64,000 nucleotides of DNA from the NCBI GenBank assembly GCA_964016885.1, contig OZ024740.1:170314001-170378000 (forward strand). Direction: 5' to 3'. The notes beneath the pieces are model-generated. The model ran no database searches. It was not told the origin of the DNA and saw only the letters and a list, made by a program, of their open reading frames with translations. This DNA is from Eledone cirrhosa. Lineage: Eukaryota. Of the stretch, positions 50,637 to 64,000 are shown piece after piece. The position numbers and the translations under genes are program-made. Positions within the stretch are counted from its first letter, which is position 1, and the number at the start of each line of letters is the position of its first letter.

Positions 50637-50736
50637 TATAGATGAGATTCTACAGGACTAGAACTGTTTCATTCTTTAGAAATCATCAGGAATCTAAAGA
50701 ATAAAACAGTTCTAGTCCTGTAGAATCTCATCTATA
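50637..50736. repeat. Foldback with 44-bp arms (50637-50680 / 50693-50736, one mismatch) after a long (TA)n
   Basis: Direct reverse-complement comparison. Confidence 0.92.
50645..50695 (-). ncRNA. Type-I hammerhead ribozyme (compact, core intact)
   Basis: AGAUUC-CUGAUGA-U-UUC-UAAA-GAA-U-GAAA-CAG-UUCUAGUC-CUG-UA-GAAUCU. Stem I is a perfect 6 bp, stem III is 3 bp plus A-U, the triplet is GUA and stem II is closed by U-U. Confidence 0.72.
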
Positions 50737-50980
50737 ATAAAACTGTTATACTCTGGTATGTATTGAGTACCTTACTTACTGTGGTTACCTCCGATTCAAC
50801 CCGGAATAACGTATATATATATATATATTGTGCTGTGCTTTCTAGCAAAAATGCCACCAGTCGTAAGCAACTACCACACCCCTTCCAACTTGACCGCGAC
50901 TACGTCACGATTTTTAGCCATTTTGAAATGAATTCTTGGCGCGATCGTTTTGGAAAATTTAATGTCTAGATATGAGCGAG

Positions 50981-51066
50981 CTTCCTGAAGAATCCGGCGC
51001 TCAAGTTTATATAATTATTACATAATTATTGGAAAACTCAAAACACGGACGAAACCATGGTAGAGG
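50981..51066 (+). ncRNA. Type-I hammerhead ribozyme-like motif
   Basis: CUUC-CUGAAGA-A-UCCG...CGGA-C-GAAA-CCAUGG-UA-GAGG. Stem I has 4 bp, stem II has 4 bp with a large loop, stem III is palindromic (ACCAUGGU) and the triplet is GUA. Confidence 0.68.
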
Positions 51067-51333
51067 TATTTAAATGTATTCTATTTTCTCCTAGTTTATT
51101 TTAAACCTAATTCTGCTTAGTTGACTGTATCTAGGCGATTACGCTGTCGAAATATTCGATAAATATTCCACTACGGCCGACGCGAAGCGCTAGTTTTGGT
51201 TATTTGTTGGAGATTCCTTCATAGAAGCCTCATTCGTATAGCCTGGTCTATTCGATTTTTTATATAGTTAATTATGCTAATTGGGAGAGGAAATAGTATA
51301 TATTTTATCTTGTGATTCTATAGACATGTTTTA

Positions 51334-51406
<73 letters not shown>

Positions 51407-51451
51407 TAACAGATTAAAGTTTAAGCAAAGAATCGTTGCTTTCACCCTTAA

Positions 51452-51519
51452 CGGTATCGAGCCCTCTTCGTATTTTAGTCTTCATGTGAAGACTAAAATA
51501 CGAAGAGGGCTCGATACCG
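51452..51519. repeat. Perfect palindrome, 33-bp arms with 2-nt loop, between two (TA)n runs
   Basis: cggtatcgagccctcttcgtattttagtcttca-tg-tgaagactaaaatacgaagagggctcgataccg. Confidence 0.95.
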
Positions 51520-51524
51520 AGGGC

Positions 51525-51583
<59 letters not shown>

Positions 51584-52147
51584 TGCAAGATTTCTTATAA
51601 GAAAGCGGGTGTTGAAATAGATAGCGTTATAATTTGGGAGAGTCATGCTCCCAATAAAAACGCAAGCACTTTCTGTGTTCCACTTCAATTTATTATACAC
51701 TTCCAGTTTAATATCTAAATGGTTGCTTATTGTCAAAGCTCTTTCGCCACACATTATGTGACCTCCTCAGTGACTAATTTATTTTGTGTCTCTCATTTGT
51801 TTTATCCTACACAATCCTGTCCTTGTGGGATCACAAAAAAACAAGATGGTGTATGATAGCTACTTATTAAATTAGTCATTTTGGGAAATTATAATAATAA
51901 ATTAAAATGAAACTCAACAGGCTCGTGTGTTGTTTATTGGCAGCATGACCCTCCAAAAGTATAACAATATATATTTAAAATAATGGTAGTTAAGACAGGA
52001 TTAAATCACCAGAATTTTTATATTGCATTATACATGGTTACATGGTTATGCATGTGACTTCAACAGATGCTTACGCATTTATTGGTGCTGCTATGCAATC
52101 ATTGTGATATGCCGGTGGCTATGCATGTTCATCCAGTATTGATTTGG

Positions 52148-52406
<259 letters not shown>

Positions 52407-52521
52407 CGAGTTATACGCGCAATGACACATTGAAAAATGACCTTGGAACAGCGAACTGTCTGTATCTGTATTTACACACTTACCTAACACACCTAACGCA
52501 CACACACATATATATACACAC

Positions 52522-52617
<96 letters not shown>

Positions 52618-53164
52618 TATATATATGTATAAATATATAACAACATATTTGTTCTTCAAATACCAGTTCTCCATCTTCCTCATTTCAAAATTCACTAAAG
52701 TTTTTATCGCATCTGAAAGGTTAATGTGCTCTTACGGCCATCGTTTGGTATTGCACAATTAAGCTAAACCTTTATTACCAGCATGTACAACTTCTACTTC
52801 ATATGTTGGTATGTTTTTTCTTTCGATTGTAGAGAATCCTATGCATACATACATACATGATGATGATGATTGCTGTAACTCGATTTCGAGTAATGCCATT
52901 CCTTGATACTTAAGCATGTATATCACAGACGTGGCTTTTTAGTTCTGCTCGGAACATGCCTATGACCAGCAATGTTACATATCAGGCGAAGCTTTTTCAA
53001 GTGAGGAAAGGCTTTGCACGGGGCTAATCCCACTCTCTGAACATTTATCTAAAAAGTAGAACTGGTTTACATAGAAAAGACGATCGACTTTCGTCGAATC
53101 GGACCGAGGGAACAATGTTTCCGTTGGTCTTTCCAATTGCTAATACTATCTATCGGTCACAATT

Positions 53165-53296
53165 CCAGGTAGAAGGAGGCAACGTGAAATAAAGTGTCTT
53201 GCTCAAGGACATAACGCATCGCCTGGTCCAGGAATCGAACTCACAACCTTACGATTGCGAATCCAATTCTCTAACCACTCCGCCACACGCCTTCAC
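53165..53296 (-). mobile_element. tRNA-derived CORE-SINE-like element
   Basis: Minus strand: A box gtggcggagtggttag, B box gagttcgattcc, core gtccttgagcaagacactttatttcacgttgc. Confidence 0.8.
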
Positions 53297-54170
53297 ATAA
53301 TTGGATACTAATGAAGTCGCAGGTTTTATATCAGACTGACCTTCGAGCGAGATGTCTTCACACACATACCCCCAAAAATGACTTTATTCGATGGTTGTTG
53401 ACTCTCCTGAGTTCCTCAGCTCTTTGAAAGGTTTTTTTTTTTCATCCCGCAAGGTGTCCAAAATCACCCTCCTAATGAAACAAGCTTGTAGGGGTTCCTG
53501 GTTTAGTTGCCGACGACCCGACCATGCACAGGTTGTATTGGGTTATATGTTACCAGTAGCACTGAATAGTGACCTGACATAACATACATACATAAACATG
53601 TGTGTGTGTCTGCGTGTGTGTGTGCATATCTATATATCTATATATGTATGAATGGACCTGTTATTTTTATCTAAGGACATTTTTTCCAATTCCATCCCGC
53701 CCGTCCCCTCAGTCTATCTTATTTCTCATTCTTTCTTCTCATGAAGGACTAGCGTCCGACACGTTAAGACCCTCTTCCTGTTATATCAAGCATTAAACTA
53801 ATATATCCTTTCTATATACTGTACCGATTGTGTTCTTATTTCTGTTTACCTTTTACATACACACACACATATATATATATATATAAACATGTTTATAATA
53901 TATATATTAATAATACACACACACCCAAATATATGTGTGTGTATGTGTGTGCGTGTGTGTGTGCATGAATGTGTGCATGTATATATCTTTATGCGTCTAC
54001 ATACGAATGCATAATTGTAGCTATGTATAATAAATTAATAGTAGATACGATAGCTTGCTAGGATAGTCATGAACAGAGTAGTTTCCCATGGCCTTCTAGT
54101 GGAAAGCGTCAGGAATCGTTTTTCCTGGAATCAGTGACAGAAATATTTATTTGGTCGGGTTTTTACCCTA

Positions 54171-54185
54171 CTCTCTCTCTCTCTC

Positions 54186-54278
<93 letters not shown>

Positions 54279-54285
54279 CTCTCTC
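54171..54285. repeat. (CT)n microsatellite
   Basis: Direct inspection. Confidence 0.95.
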
Positions 54286-54388
54286 ATATATATATAGTAA
54301 TAATAATAAATTTGAAGACTAAAATCCAAAGAGGGCTCGATAAGGATAAATATATATCAAATATATAAGAACCGTAGAGCAAATATTT

Positions 54389-54453
54389 ATTAAAATAACA
54401 GATTAAAGTTTAAGCAAAGAATCGCTGCTTAAACTTTAATCTGTTATTTTAAT
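54389..54453. repeat. Hairpin with 28-bp perfect arms; same family as 51400-51530
   Basis: attaaaataacagattaaagtttaagca / tgcttaaactttaatctgttattttaat. The motif tgaagactaaaat...agagggctcgata at 54313 matches 51487. Confidence 0.88.
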
Positions 54454-54611
54454 TAATATATATATATATATATATGTGAGTGTGTGTGCGTGCGTGCGTA
54501 CATTGCTTTTAACGACAGTTAGTAAAAGTACTCAAGTAACATAAAAAAAGGTACTATATTATTAATTCAGCCAACCCAAAAGTTTAGGTGATTGTCCCCG
54601 TCTAAATAATA

Positions 54612-54687
54612 ATAATAATTGTTTCTACTTTTTTGGCACAAGGCCAGTAATTACCCAGTACAATACTGGTACTTTATTTTATCGACT
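54612..54687 (-). mobile_element. SINE family A 3' fragment
   Basis: Tail and core match. Confidence 0.85.
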
Positions 54688-54744
54688 CATTAAAATATCA
54701 AAAAGACGGCACATGGCGGCATGGGACGGTACAATGTGGATAAA

Positions 54745-55430
54745 ATTTAAAACAGAAGCTAATAAAATAAACATTGAAAAAAAATCAAACGTAACAAATT
54801 ACAACAAAGTGACCTGACTCCGTGGGTCACTCGTGGAGAAAGCTCACAAAAAGCCACGGTGACCCTGACAGCTAGGGTGAATGTCCCCTCCAAATTATCC
54901 TCCTACAAGCGTATACTCAAGGCAGTTTATCAGGGTTTCGTTGAAGAAAAATGTGCTTCTTCTTTTTAACCCTTTAAAAGGCGGCCATCACACGACCTCT
55001 TTCGCCATGGCCACCAGGCAGATAAAAACTGCCGGTCCTCCCCTCTAAAGGAAGACGGACAATCAGTGAATGCATGCAGGACGGTTTCGTTTCTCTGTGC
55101 GCATCTCAGACAGACCCGGCAGACGGCACTACCATGTCTGTAGAGTTGCTCTTCGCTAGCACCGCCTAGCTAGGGAATTTTGAAGTTATCAATGGGTCCT
55201 TGACCGAAAGTTCTTTGGAAGAGTTTGGCTAGTTGATATCTGTCAATTCCCAGAGTTTCCCCAAGAATGTCGTTTTTGTCTGCTACTAAACCCTCTATAG
55301 AACGCCAAGCTGGAGTTTCTACCGATTGTACTGCCCTATTGGTTGAACACCTAAAAAGATTTCAGTCTCCAACCGCTCCTACTCGATCTTCACTTGACCC
55401 AGGACTGAAGCTCTATTAAGGAGAAAAGGT
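54745..55430 (-). mobile_element. Decayed L1/Tx1-like LINE 3' fragment (Cys-rich C-terminal domain)
   Basis: Minus strand QRTFGQGPIDNFK...LYRHGSAVCRVCLRCAQRNETVLHAFTDCP and FICLVAMAKEVV, i.e. the C-x2-C...ET..H..C motif of L1/Tx1 ORF2. Confidence 0.7.
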
Positions 55431-55454
55431 GGAATAATACTACACACACGCGCG

Positions 55455-55541
<87 letters not shown>

Positions 55542-55739
55542 GAGTTTGAATTATTTTTCCCACATCTTACGTTAACTATTTTTCCTATTTTGACGCTATA
55601 GTCACTTATATATTATGGAGTGCTGTTGGCTTTTCGCTGCAGTGTTTTCTATGCCTTTCATTTATATATATATATAGATATAGATATATATATAGATAGA
55701 TAGATATATCTATATATAGATATATATTCAACACGTTAT

Positions 55740-56155
55740 CTTACTTTCTTCTGGCATTTTTCTTCCTTTCTTTTTTCATCCTTTTTTCTGTTGTTTCATT
55801 TATGACTCCCGTGCTATAACAGGCGCCACACTTTTTTCTTACATCACATAAAATTCTGTGTACTTGTATCTTAATTGCTATAAAGTAATGTTCTGTCTCT
55901 CGTCTCTTACTCCACTGGACAGTGTTTGGCTTATGTCGCACGCTGTGACCCCAGGTGGACCAGCAGTACTGTTGGTAGGGGTTGAAAAAACCAAATTCCT
56001 TCTCAACGGTCGATGACCCGGGAGTTCTGTGCCCTTCGTTTGTATGGTTATTTAAAAAAATAATTTTTTCATTGAAGCTTCCCCTCAAAAATTGTTTTTC
56101 GTTTTACCTTGTTTCGCCATGGCCACCAGGCGTTCTTTGTCCTGGCCGCTCTCTG
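55740..56155 (-). mobile_element. Second L1/Tx1-like 3' remnant
   Basis: Shares ttcgccatggccaccaggc (LVAMAK) with 55000-55019. Confidence 0.5.
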
Positions 56156-56213
56156 ATAATTTTTGTTTAAAGCTTATGCATATATATATATACACACGCA
56201 CACACGCACACAC

Positions 56214-56299
<86 letters not shown>

Positions 56300-56338
56300 T
56301 GAAAATCACAGGAATTAAAAAATCCCAATATATATATA

Positions 56339-57196
<858 letters not shown>

Positions 57197-57932
57197 TTGC
57201 AAATTGGCAGAGTAGTTAGAGCGTCGGATAAAAATGTACCAGTCGATAAAAACGTACCAGTTTTGTTCTGGGGTCGATCTTCCTCTATATCTCTTTCTAA
57301 TTTTCTCCCTCTCACTTTCTATATTTCAATGGAAGAAATCTGGTGTACTCAGGCCTTGAGAGGGATGTGCTCTGCCTGGCTTAAAACGCCCTCGAAACGC
57401 CGTAAGTCAATACGGCACCCCTACGACTCTATCAGAAGTTACATACATACTTACATACATATATATATAGACGTTTGCGTGTGTGAACGTATGTATGTAT
57501 TTATATAGAGCTATCATAGAGCAACATGATCGTTATACATGTATCGATCTCTTTTCATATTTATGCTCTTAGCTTGATGGAACAGTATTAGTATGTGAGA
57601 TATTTCTAACGTTACCACTTACCACTGACATCGTACCAAACGTTATAACTTTATTTATAATCTACACGTGGCCTGAGCAATGACTGGTTTCTCGTTCTTT
57701 GGGAACTATTAATTGGGACCCAAGGGTATATATATATTTGATTTAATAGCAAAGCCTTTGAATATTTATGGTCTGTGATTTTCACCGCCTTCAACTACCA
57801 GCTTCATACACCAAGGATTACACCCTGGATTTTGTGACATGCAGTATTTGACTTGAATAACACATTGAGGCTTAATGCACTCTGATGAAACATGAGTGAA
57901 TATATCCACTTTCAATTGTTCTCATATATATA

Positions 57933-57973
<41 letters not shown>

Positions 57974-57995
57974 GTACACACGCTCGCACTCACGG

Positions 57996-58057
<62 letters not shown>

Positions 58058-58072
58058 GTATATTATGCATAC

Positions 58073-58145
<73 letters not shown>

Positions 58146-58199
58146 ATATTATATTAGGTATGAATTGAAGTTGTAGCTACATGAGGAACTGGGCGCTTT

Positions 58200-59260
58200 T
58201 TATACACGTATACGCATACACACACATCCGAAATACAACCCTTCAACCTATCTATGGAGCCAGTTTATAGAATATAGATAGTTCAGATACTGAAGAAATG
58301 CATGAAGAACGGATTCATCGCCTGTCGTTTCTCTCGAAGAGGACCGTCTGACAAGACTTCCATATATATGAAACTAATCGAGAACAAGCAGTGCTTCCTT
58401 CATCACCGGTACCATTGGCAGAGCTGTGTTTTCTGGAAATTATCCATAGGCCCCTGTTTGATTATTCTCAGTAAGAAACTGTTTAGTTGATTTTCGATGC
58501 CTAGAATCACCTCCAGCATAGTGCCACTCATTCCTTCCATATAATCTAAAATGAATGCAGTCTAGACTTTCAGCTAACAGCATTTCCCGACTGGCTTAAA
58601 TCTGCACCTAGCATCTGAAATGTTGACATGGTTTCACAGATTTTTTGGTAGTCGAGAAATGTTGTTGGTTTACATTCTGCTCTACTTTCCCTAGATCTGC
58701 GGCTGTATCACGTATGTGCATCACAAACAACGTTTACCATGTAAGAATAACTAATGTATGCATATACAAATTACTGTATAGAAAGTGTCGATTGCATAGC
58801 CACCTACTGACTAGTGAAACATGTCCCTCTGCAAAGAGCAATCGCTTGAATTAGAGCAGAAACTACCTTGGATAAAGCACGAGAAACAAATGATAATAGA
58901 TTACAGAATCAATGTACAGGTTTTCAACCTTTCGAAAATAGCTTCTTCTCAACTCATACATGAGTGTTATTCGACCACATAGATATAATCTCATTCCAGT
59001 TTTTACCTACTTGTTGGTCCCACTACGAATAAGCCCCGAGCATCTAAATGATAGGTAATGACGTCACTGACACCGATTGTCTTTGACTTTCTTCTTTAGG
59101 TACAGAGCTGCAAACCCACCAACTTTTCCTGGTTAACCACTGCTCCCAATTCCATCACGTATATCTTCAAAATGGAGTCTACTACCTTGCTACCCGATCT
59201 CTCAGTCACCATGACTGTGACAACGTCCGTGTAAATTAATAGAGTAAACTAACAGAGCCA
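58200..59260 (-). mobile_element. Third, more diverged L1/Tx1-like LINE fragment
   Basis: Minus strand IYTDVVTVMVT (degenerate YADD), GAVVNQEKLVGLQL, GPMDNFQK and DESVLHAFLQ, parallel to the 54745-55430 copy. Confidence 0.6.
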
Positions 59261-60308
59261 AATTTTATCCAAACTCAAGCGGGTTCCATTAACCATTTGC
59301 AACAGTGTCAAAGTTCAAAACGCACAGAAGAGATGATGGGGAAAGCTGTAGCTTTATGTGAAATATAAATTACTGTTAAAGATTATAAAGCTGTTTGTTT
59401 TTTTGCTTGTCTTGTTTGTTTATTTTTATTTTATTTTATTTTTTTTGTAATCCTAACTGGATATTAATAAATCCGGAAAAGGTTGACACAGGCTGTGTCT
59501 ATATATATCTTGCATGACATTATTCTAATAATTTCAATCATTAAACGGTTTACATATTTTCCGTTGTAGAATAAGATATTGTTAGATATTAAGTGATTCA
59601 ATAACAACATTAATAATAAACCACGTGTTTTTGTGTATTTGTGTATACAGTATATGCATATGCAAGTTCTTAAGATTTACACTCGCACACACACACAAAC
59701 ACACACAGCATTTCTTAAACCAGACATGTTATTAGACTCAGAAGTTCACTTCCCAACGTTACTCAAGCTTTTCAACATGTATATAATCTGTACATACATG
59801 CTGAGCGTTTATGTAATTATATCCTAGAAATAAATTAAAATATCGTTTGTATTTTTAATCTCTTTCACGTGTCAGTAATCAACATAAACAGAGGATTTCT
59901 CTTACGTAATTTATCAAAACGCAAATTTCTCAATTTGTATGATTGTTCATACAAGTAATCCTGGTATATATGGCTTCCAAGTTCTGGACTACAGAAATTA
60001 AATACGTTCAACGCTATCGCCGTTATTATTGATAACATTGATCCATTAGAAGATAATAAACCCTTTTGTAAATATACGTAGTTCAATATAATACAATTAT
60101 ATCCTACTATAATTAAATCTATTCCTGATAATGCTTAGAATCTAGTAGAGGTTTTATTCCATTTAATGATCCCATTAGGGTTAAACTGTCATGGCCACGG
60201 ATTCATACTCGTTGTTGCTAATTCTGTTTGTTTTTGTTTGTTTTTTAATACACACTGCGAAGTCTGGTATTTTACTTTTATCTTTAAACTGTTATTTCTC
60301 TCGGGTAT

Positions 60309-60529
60309 GGTGATAGACTGACAGAATCGTTAGAGCGTCGGGTAAAATGATTTGCGTCATTTAGTTAGGGACCCTTACGTTCTTAGTTCAAATACCGCCA
60401 AGATCAAGTTTACTTTCATCCTTACATCATGTTGATAGATAAAGCACCAGTAATGTACTGAGGCCAATTTAATCAACGTTCCTCTACCCTTCAAATTGCT
60501 GGCCTTGTGCCTAAAGTAGAAACAATTAT
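60309..60529 (+). mobile_element. SINE family A, diverged long form
   Basis: Head ctgacagaatcgttagagcgtcgg, B box ttagttcaaatacc, tail gccttgtgcctaaagtagaaacaattatt. Confidence 0.85.
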
Positions 60530-60549
60530 TTTTAGTAGTAGTCTTTTTT

Positions 60550-61600
60550 ATATTTCTTATCGTCACTGCGTCACCGAGTACAGCTGTGTGTGCCTTGGGT
60601 ATGTGCAGTGTTGTTATTTCTATTGTATTGACAGTAGCCTTCGCAATATGCTTTCAGTGCCCAGGAGTGTCCTCTATACCGTATATACTTGTACGTTCTA
60701 GACTTGTTATTTATTCGTTTGCGTTTTTATCATTCCTGGTATAGCTTTTATTATAAGAGTTGTTTCTGTTTTCATCATCTATATTCGGATTATTTCTCTC
60801 TCCATATTTTCATATTTAGATAATTTCGTTATTTCCTTGATATATATTTTGTCATCTGTGAGGTTAATTGCATTAAATAGAAAACATTTTCTCTTGTAGT
60901 CCTTAAGTATAATACTCCATCGGTTGGCTTTGATCTTCCTGACTATAATGGCATATCCTAGTGTATGGCTACCTTGTCATTCTCTGACAGCTTTCCTGCT
61001 GTTTGTTTGCGCCCTCTTGATTTCTGTTGGTATTTCGTAGTGCTGGCATAAATTGCAATGTATGTAAATCCCAGCTATGTCATGTGTGTGATTCAAAATG
61101 GTTAGCCAGAGAGTATGTGGTCATTTGTTTTTTCCCCACCTTCACATATTCGGCAGTTACTTACCGTGTTCTGCTTCATTATGTACGTTTGATGGCTTCT
61201 GTTGGGGAAGGGCGTGCCTTTGATCTTGTGCTACCATTAGAAATCTTTCAGTCTCGGCTCTTTGCTCTACCGCTTCCTCCCCTTTCATTTTTTTTTCCTT
61301 AACCTCATTTAAATTTAGCAGTCTAGATATTTGTTTTCAATTTGAATGTTCTCTTCATTGCTGTTTCTTCTGCGTTTTGATTTTCCTCATAATTATCTGA
61401 AAATCAACTTCTGTTTAGAATTCGTTGGCTTCCTTACAGACAAAAGGCATATTTTTTTTTACTTTGTTCATGTTTCGTAGCTAATTCTATTAACATTTTA
61501 TTATTCTTTATTAGATTTTTGATGTAGACCAACAGCGGTTATTCTATAATAGTTTTTAGTGCATAAGGCCTCTTTCTCCTTGTGGTCGTGGTTAGTATAA
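60550..61600 (-). mobile_element. Highly decayed R4/Dong-like element, possibly internally deleted
   Basis: Minus strand RTLLGTESILRRLLSIQ* (about 60625-60675) resembles the RLE C-terminus (LLGTAHILRK). QRILNRS*FSD (about 61395-61428) resembles an N-terminal motif of this clade. Confidence 0.4.
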
Positions 61601-61968
61601 TATTTCTAGATCTGTATTCTAAAAACAGTCATTATTTTTCTTTTTTCTTTCTATTTCTGCTAGTTATTTTTGTGTCTAATACAGAATGTGAATTATAATT
61701 AGTACATTTCTTTTCTACTTCCAATATTTTTGCATCCTATATGACTTAATCCAAACCATGATTATGACTAAACAAGAAAAATGAGAACCTACCTCAGGGG
61801 TCATTTGTAGTGCCCAAAATGAAAGCTCTAACACCAGTTCCTAGATATAAAGGCGTTTATTGCATCTGTGAAAATTCAAGTAACGAGTCAAATTACAAAC
61901 AAACAAAAATCTCACGATAGATTTTGAGAATACTTTTCTTTCGTTTGAACATCTATCTGTGTAAGATA

Positions 61969-61971
<3 letters not shown>

Positions 61972-62024
<53 letters not shown>

Positions 62025-62032
62025 TATATATA

Positions 62033-62128
<96 letters not shown>

Positions 62129-62153
62129 TGAGTGTGTGTGTGTGTGTGTGTGA

Positions 62154-62192
<39 letters not shown>
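61972..62192. repeat. (TA)n/(GT)n compound microsatellite
   Basis: Direct inspection. Confidence 0.95.
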
Positions 62193-62193
<1 letters not shown>

Positions 62194-62338
62194 ATATGTA
62201 GCCACATTACTGTCGGCGTTCGTGCACACAAAGATAAGCTCTCAGCAAAACAGCTTCTTTTATTCTTTCCCTCCACTCTCCCCCACATACACACACAGAC
62301 ACACAGACATACAAATATACACACACACAGACACAGAT

Positions 62339-62415
<77 letters not shown>

Positions 62416-63013
62416 CATGTATGTATATATACTCTTGTGTGTGTATACATAACACTGATTTTGTGCCTGCTATTGTGCTTGTAGCATCACAGCATCTATG
62501 TATATAGAAATAAAAATGCTGCGAGTGTGGAATAAGCATACATTGTATAATACGTACGGTGTTTTCGTCAGTCAGCTGATATACTGCAATAATTTCCACT
62601 CTAATTTACATATGCCAGCAACAAACCTAAACAGACCGTATCTCGTAATGTATGTTTTATAACGTGTACTTGTCAGTATGTGTGAACGTGTGTGTCTGTG
62701 TGTGTGTGAGTGCGTATGCGCGCGCGTGTTTGACTTTCTGTATATGAGCGTGTGTATGTCATGTCCATGTGTTTGGGCGTATGCGTAAAAAATCCGAAAT
62801 ACAAATACGTTATCAAATTATATACAAACGCGCAGCTTACGCATACTTACGTGCACACGGACACATACGCACACATATATGTATATATATCTACCCGTGA
62901 GTTTACACACACACACATTATATTTATATATATATATATATTTGAAAAGGGAGTAAGGTTCTATACAAAACAGAGGTTATATATAAAAAATAGAATTAGA
63001 AACACCACGGAAA

Positions 63014-63488
63014 TATATTTAAAGAATCTGTTTTTCTTCTTTTCTTCTTTCATCCGTCAAAGTGACATTATTTAAAAAATGATAAAATAAAGTACCAGTA
63101 ATACACAGTGTAATTGCTGGCCTTCTGCCAAAAGTAGAAACAATTATTTTAAAAATGAGATGTGCAATTTGTTTTAATAAAAGGAGTTTTATAATGTATA
63201 TAAAATATATAAAATATCACTGGTTTCGATGTATCGATATAATCCATCTTATCAAATGTGGAGTATTGCAATTTAAAAAAATTAAAAAAGAATTGTAAAT
63301 GTAAAATTCAAAGTTAACTATTGGAAATTTTCTTCAATTTTACACCCAATCTTCTCAACAAGAAAGATTAACAGACCTTCTTCAACACTTAATTTTTAAT
63401 TCTTTTTAATTGTAATATTCAACATTTAATAAAATGTCACTTTGACGGATCAAAGGAGAAAAAAAGAAAAACAGATTCTTTAAATATA
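63014..63488. repeat. Inverted repeat of about 60 bp (63014-63074 / 63427-63488) enclosing a SINE 3' fragment (63080-63148) and a degenerate hammerhead-like motif
   Basis: tatatttaaagaatctgtttttctt...atccgtcaaagtgacatt mirrored. The minus strand at 63255-63215 reads UUGAUAA-GAUG...CAUC-GAAA-CCAGUGA-UA. Confidence 0.8.
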
Positions 63489-63524
63489 CTAGCAGAAAAC
63501 CACCCTCGAGTGGTTTTCTGCTAG
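63489..63524. repeat. Perfect 15-bp hairpin ending in CTAG on both strands (possible Helitron 3' terminus)
   Basis: ctagcagaaaaccac-cctcga-gtggttttctgctag. Confidence 0.6.
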
Positions 63525-64000
63525 CATGTGTAGTGTGTATATTGATATTATACACAAATATATATGCATGTAGATATGATACATAAAATAACATCGCAAT
63601 TGACAATATACACAGAAATTGAACGGAGACTACGTTACACTGTCTTATGTAATCAGTAACGTAATCCATGATACATTAAAAAAAGACGATATTATATATA
63701 AACTGCATTAGGAGAAAATTAGTGACGGAAATATATGCGATATTTTTATAAGTGTTATAATATAACGGCCGCTAACCGGAAGTGTTGACATTTGAAAATG
63801 TTAAAGAAGTGAATCTTTAAATAAGCTATAAAATATATTTAATCAACAGCCACGAAATTTAGCACATAAATTATGTAATATTCATCATTATTTATTCAAA
63901 TTAATCCAGCTCATTTTACAAACGGGTTAAAAAAATATATTCTGGACGCAGTCTCGCACTACTTACTTTATTATAGTTTAGATTATAAAACTCCTTTTTT

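Noticed and set aside
57878-57900. cact-ctgat-gaaacatg-agtg collapsed hammerhead-like string
   Set aside because: Stem II and the cleavage triplet are missing; could be chance.

Overview
Repeat-dominated, AT-rich eukaryotic DNA with no host protein-coding exon, rRNA, tRNA gene or CRISPR array that I can support. The mix of very long (TA)n/(CA)n/(TACA)n microsatellites, tRNA-headed SINEs and RTE, R4/Dong and Tx1 LINE relics resembles an octopod cephalopod genome (inference, no database search). About 19 kb is two giant G/T-rich satellite blocks (9.8-17.6 kb with a 58-bp unit; 28-39.4 kb with 51- and 53-bp units), and the long ORFs in the track are artefacts of these. The rest is SINE copies, decayed LINEs, a non-autonomous Helitron, hAT-type MITEs and a Tc1/mariner fragment. 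The most interesting signal is a set of about ten type-I hammerhead-ribozyme-like motifs (CUGAnGA...GAAA...NUH). Three keep the core and all three stems (49630-49712, 50645-50695, 50981-51066). Several motifs sit in the arms of short non-coding foldback elements flanked by (TA)n. This looks like Penelope-like pseudo-LTR or retrozyme-type relics, with recurrent non-canonical stem II closing pairs. All folds and translations were done by eye.
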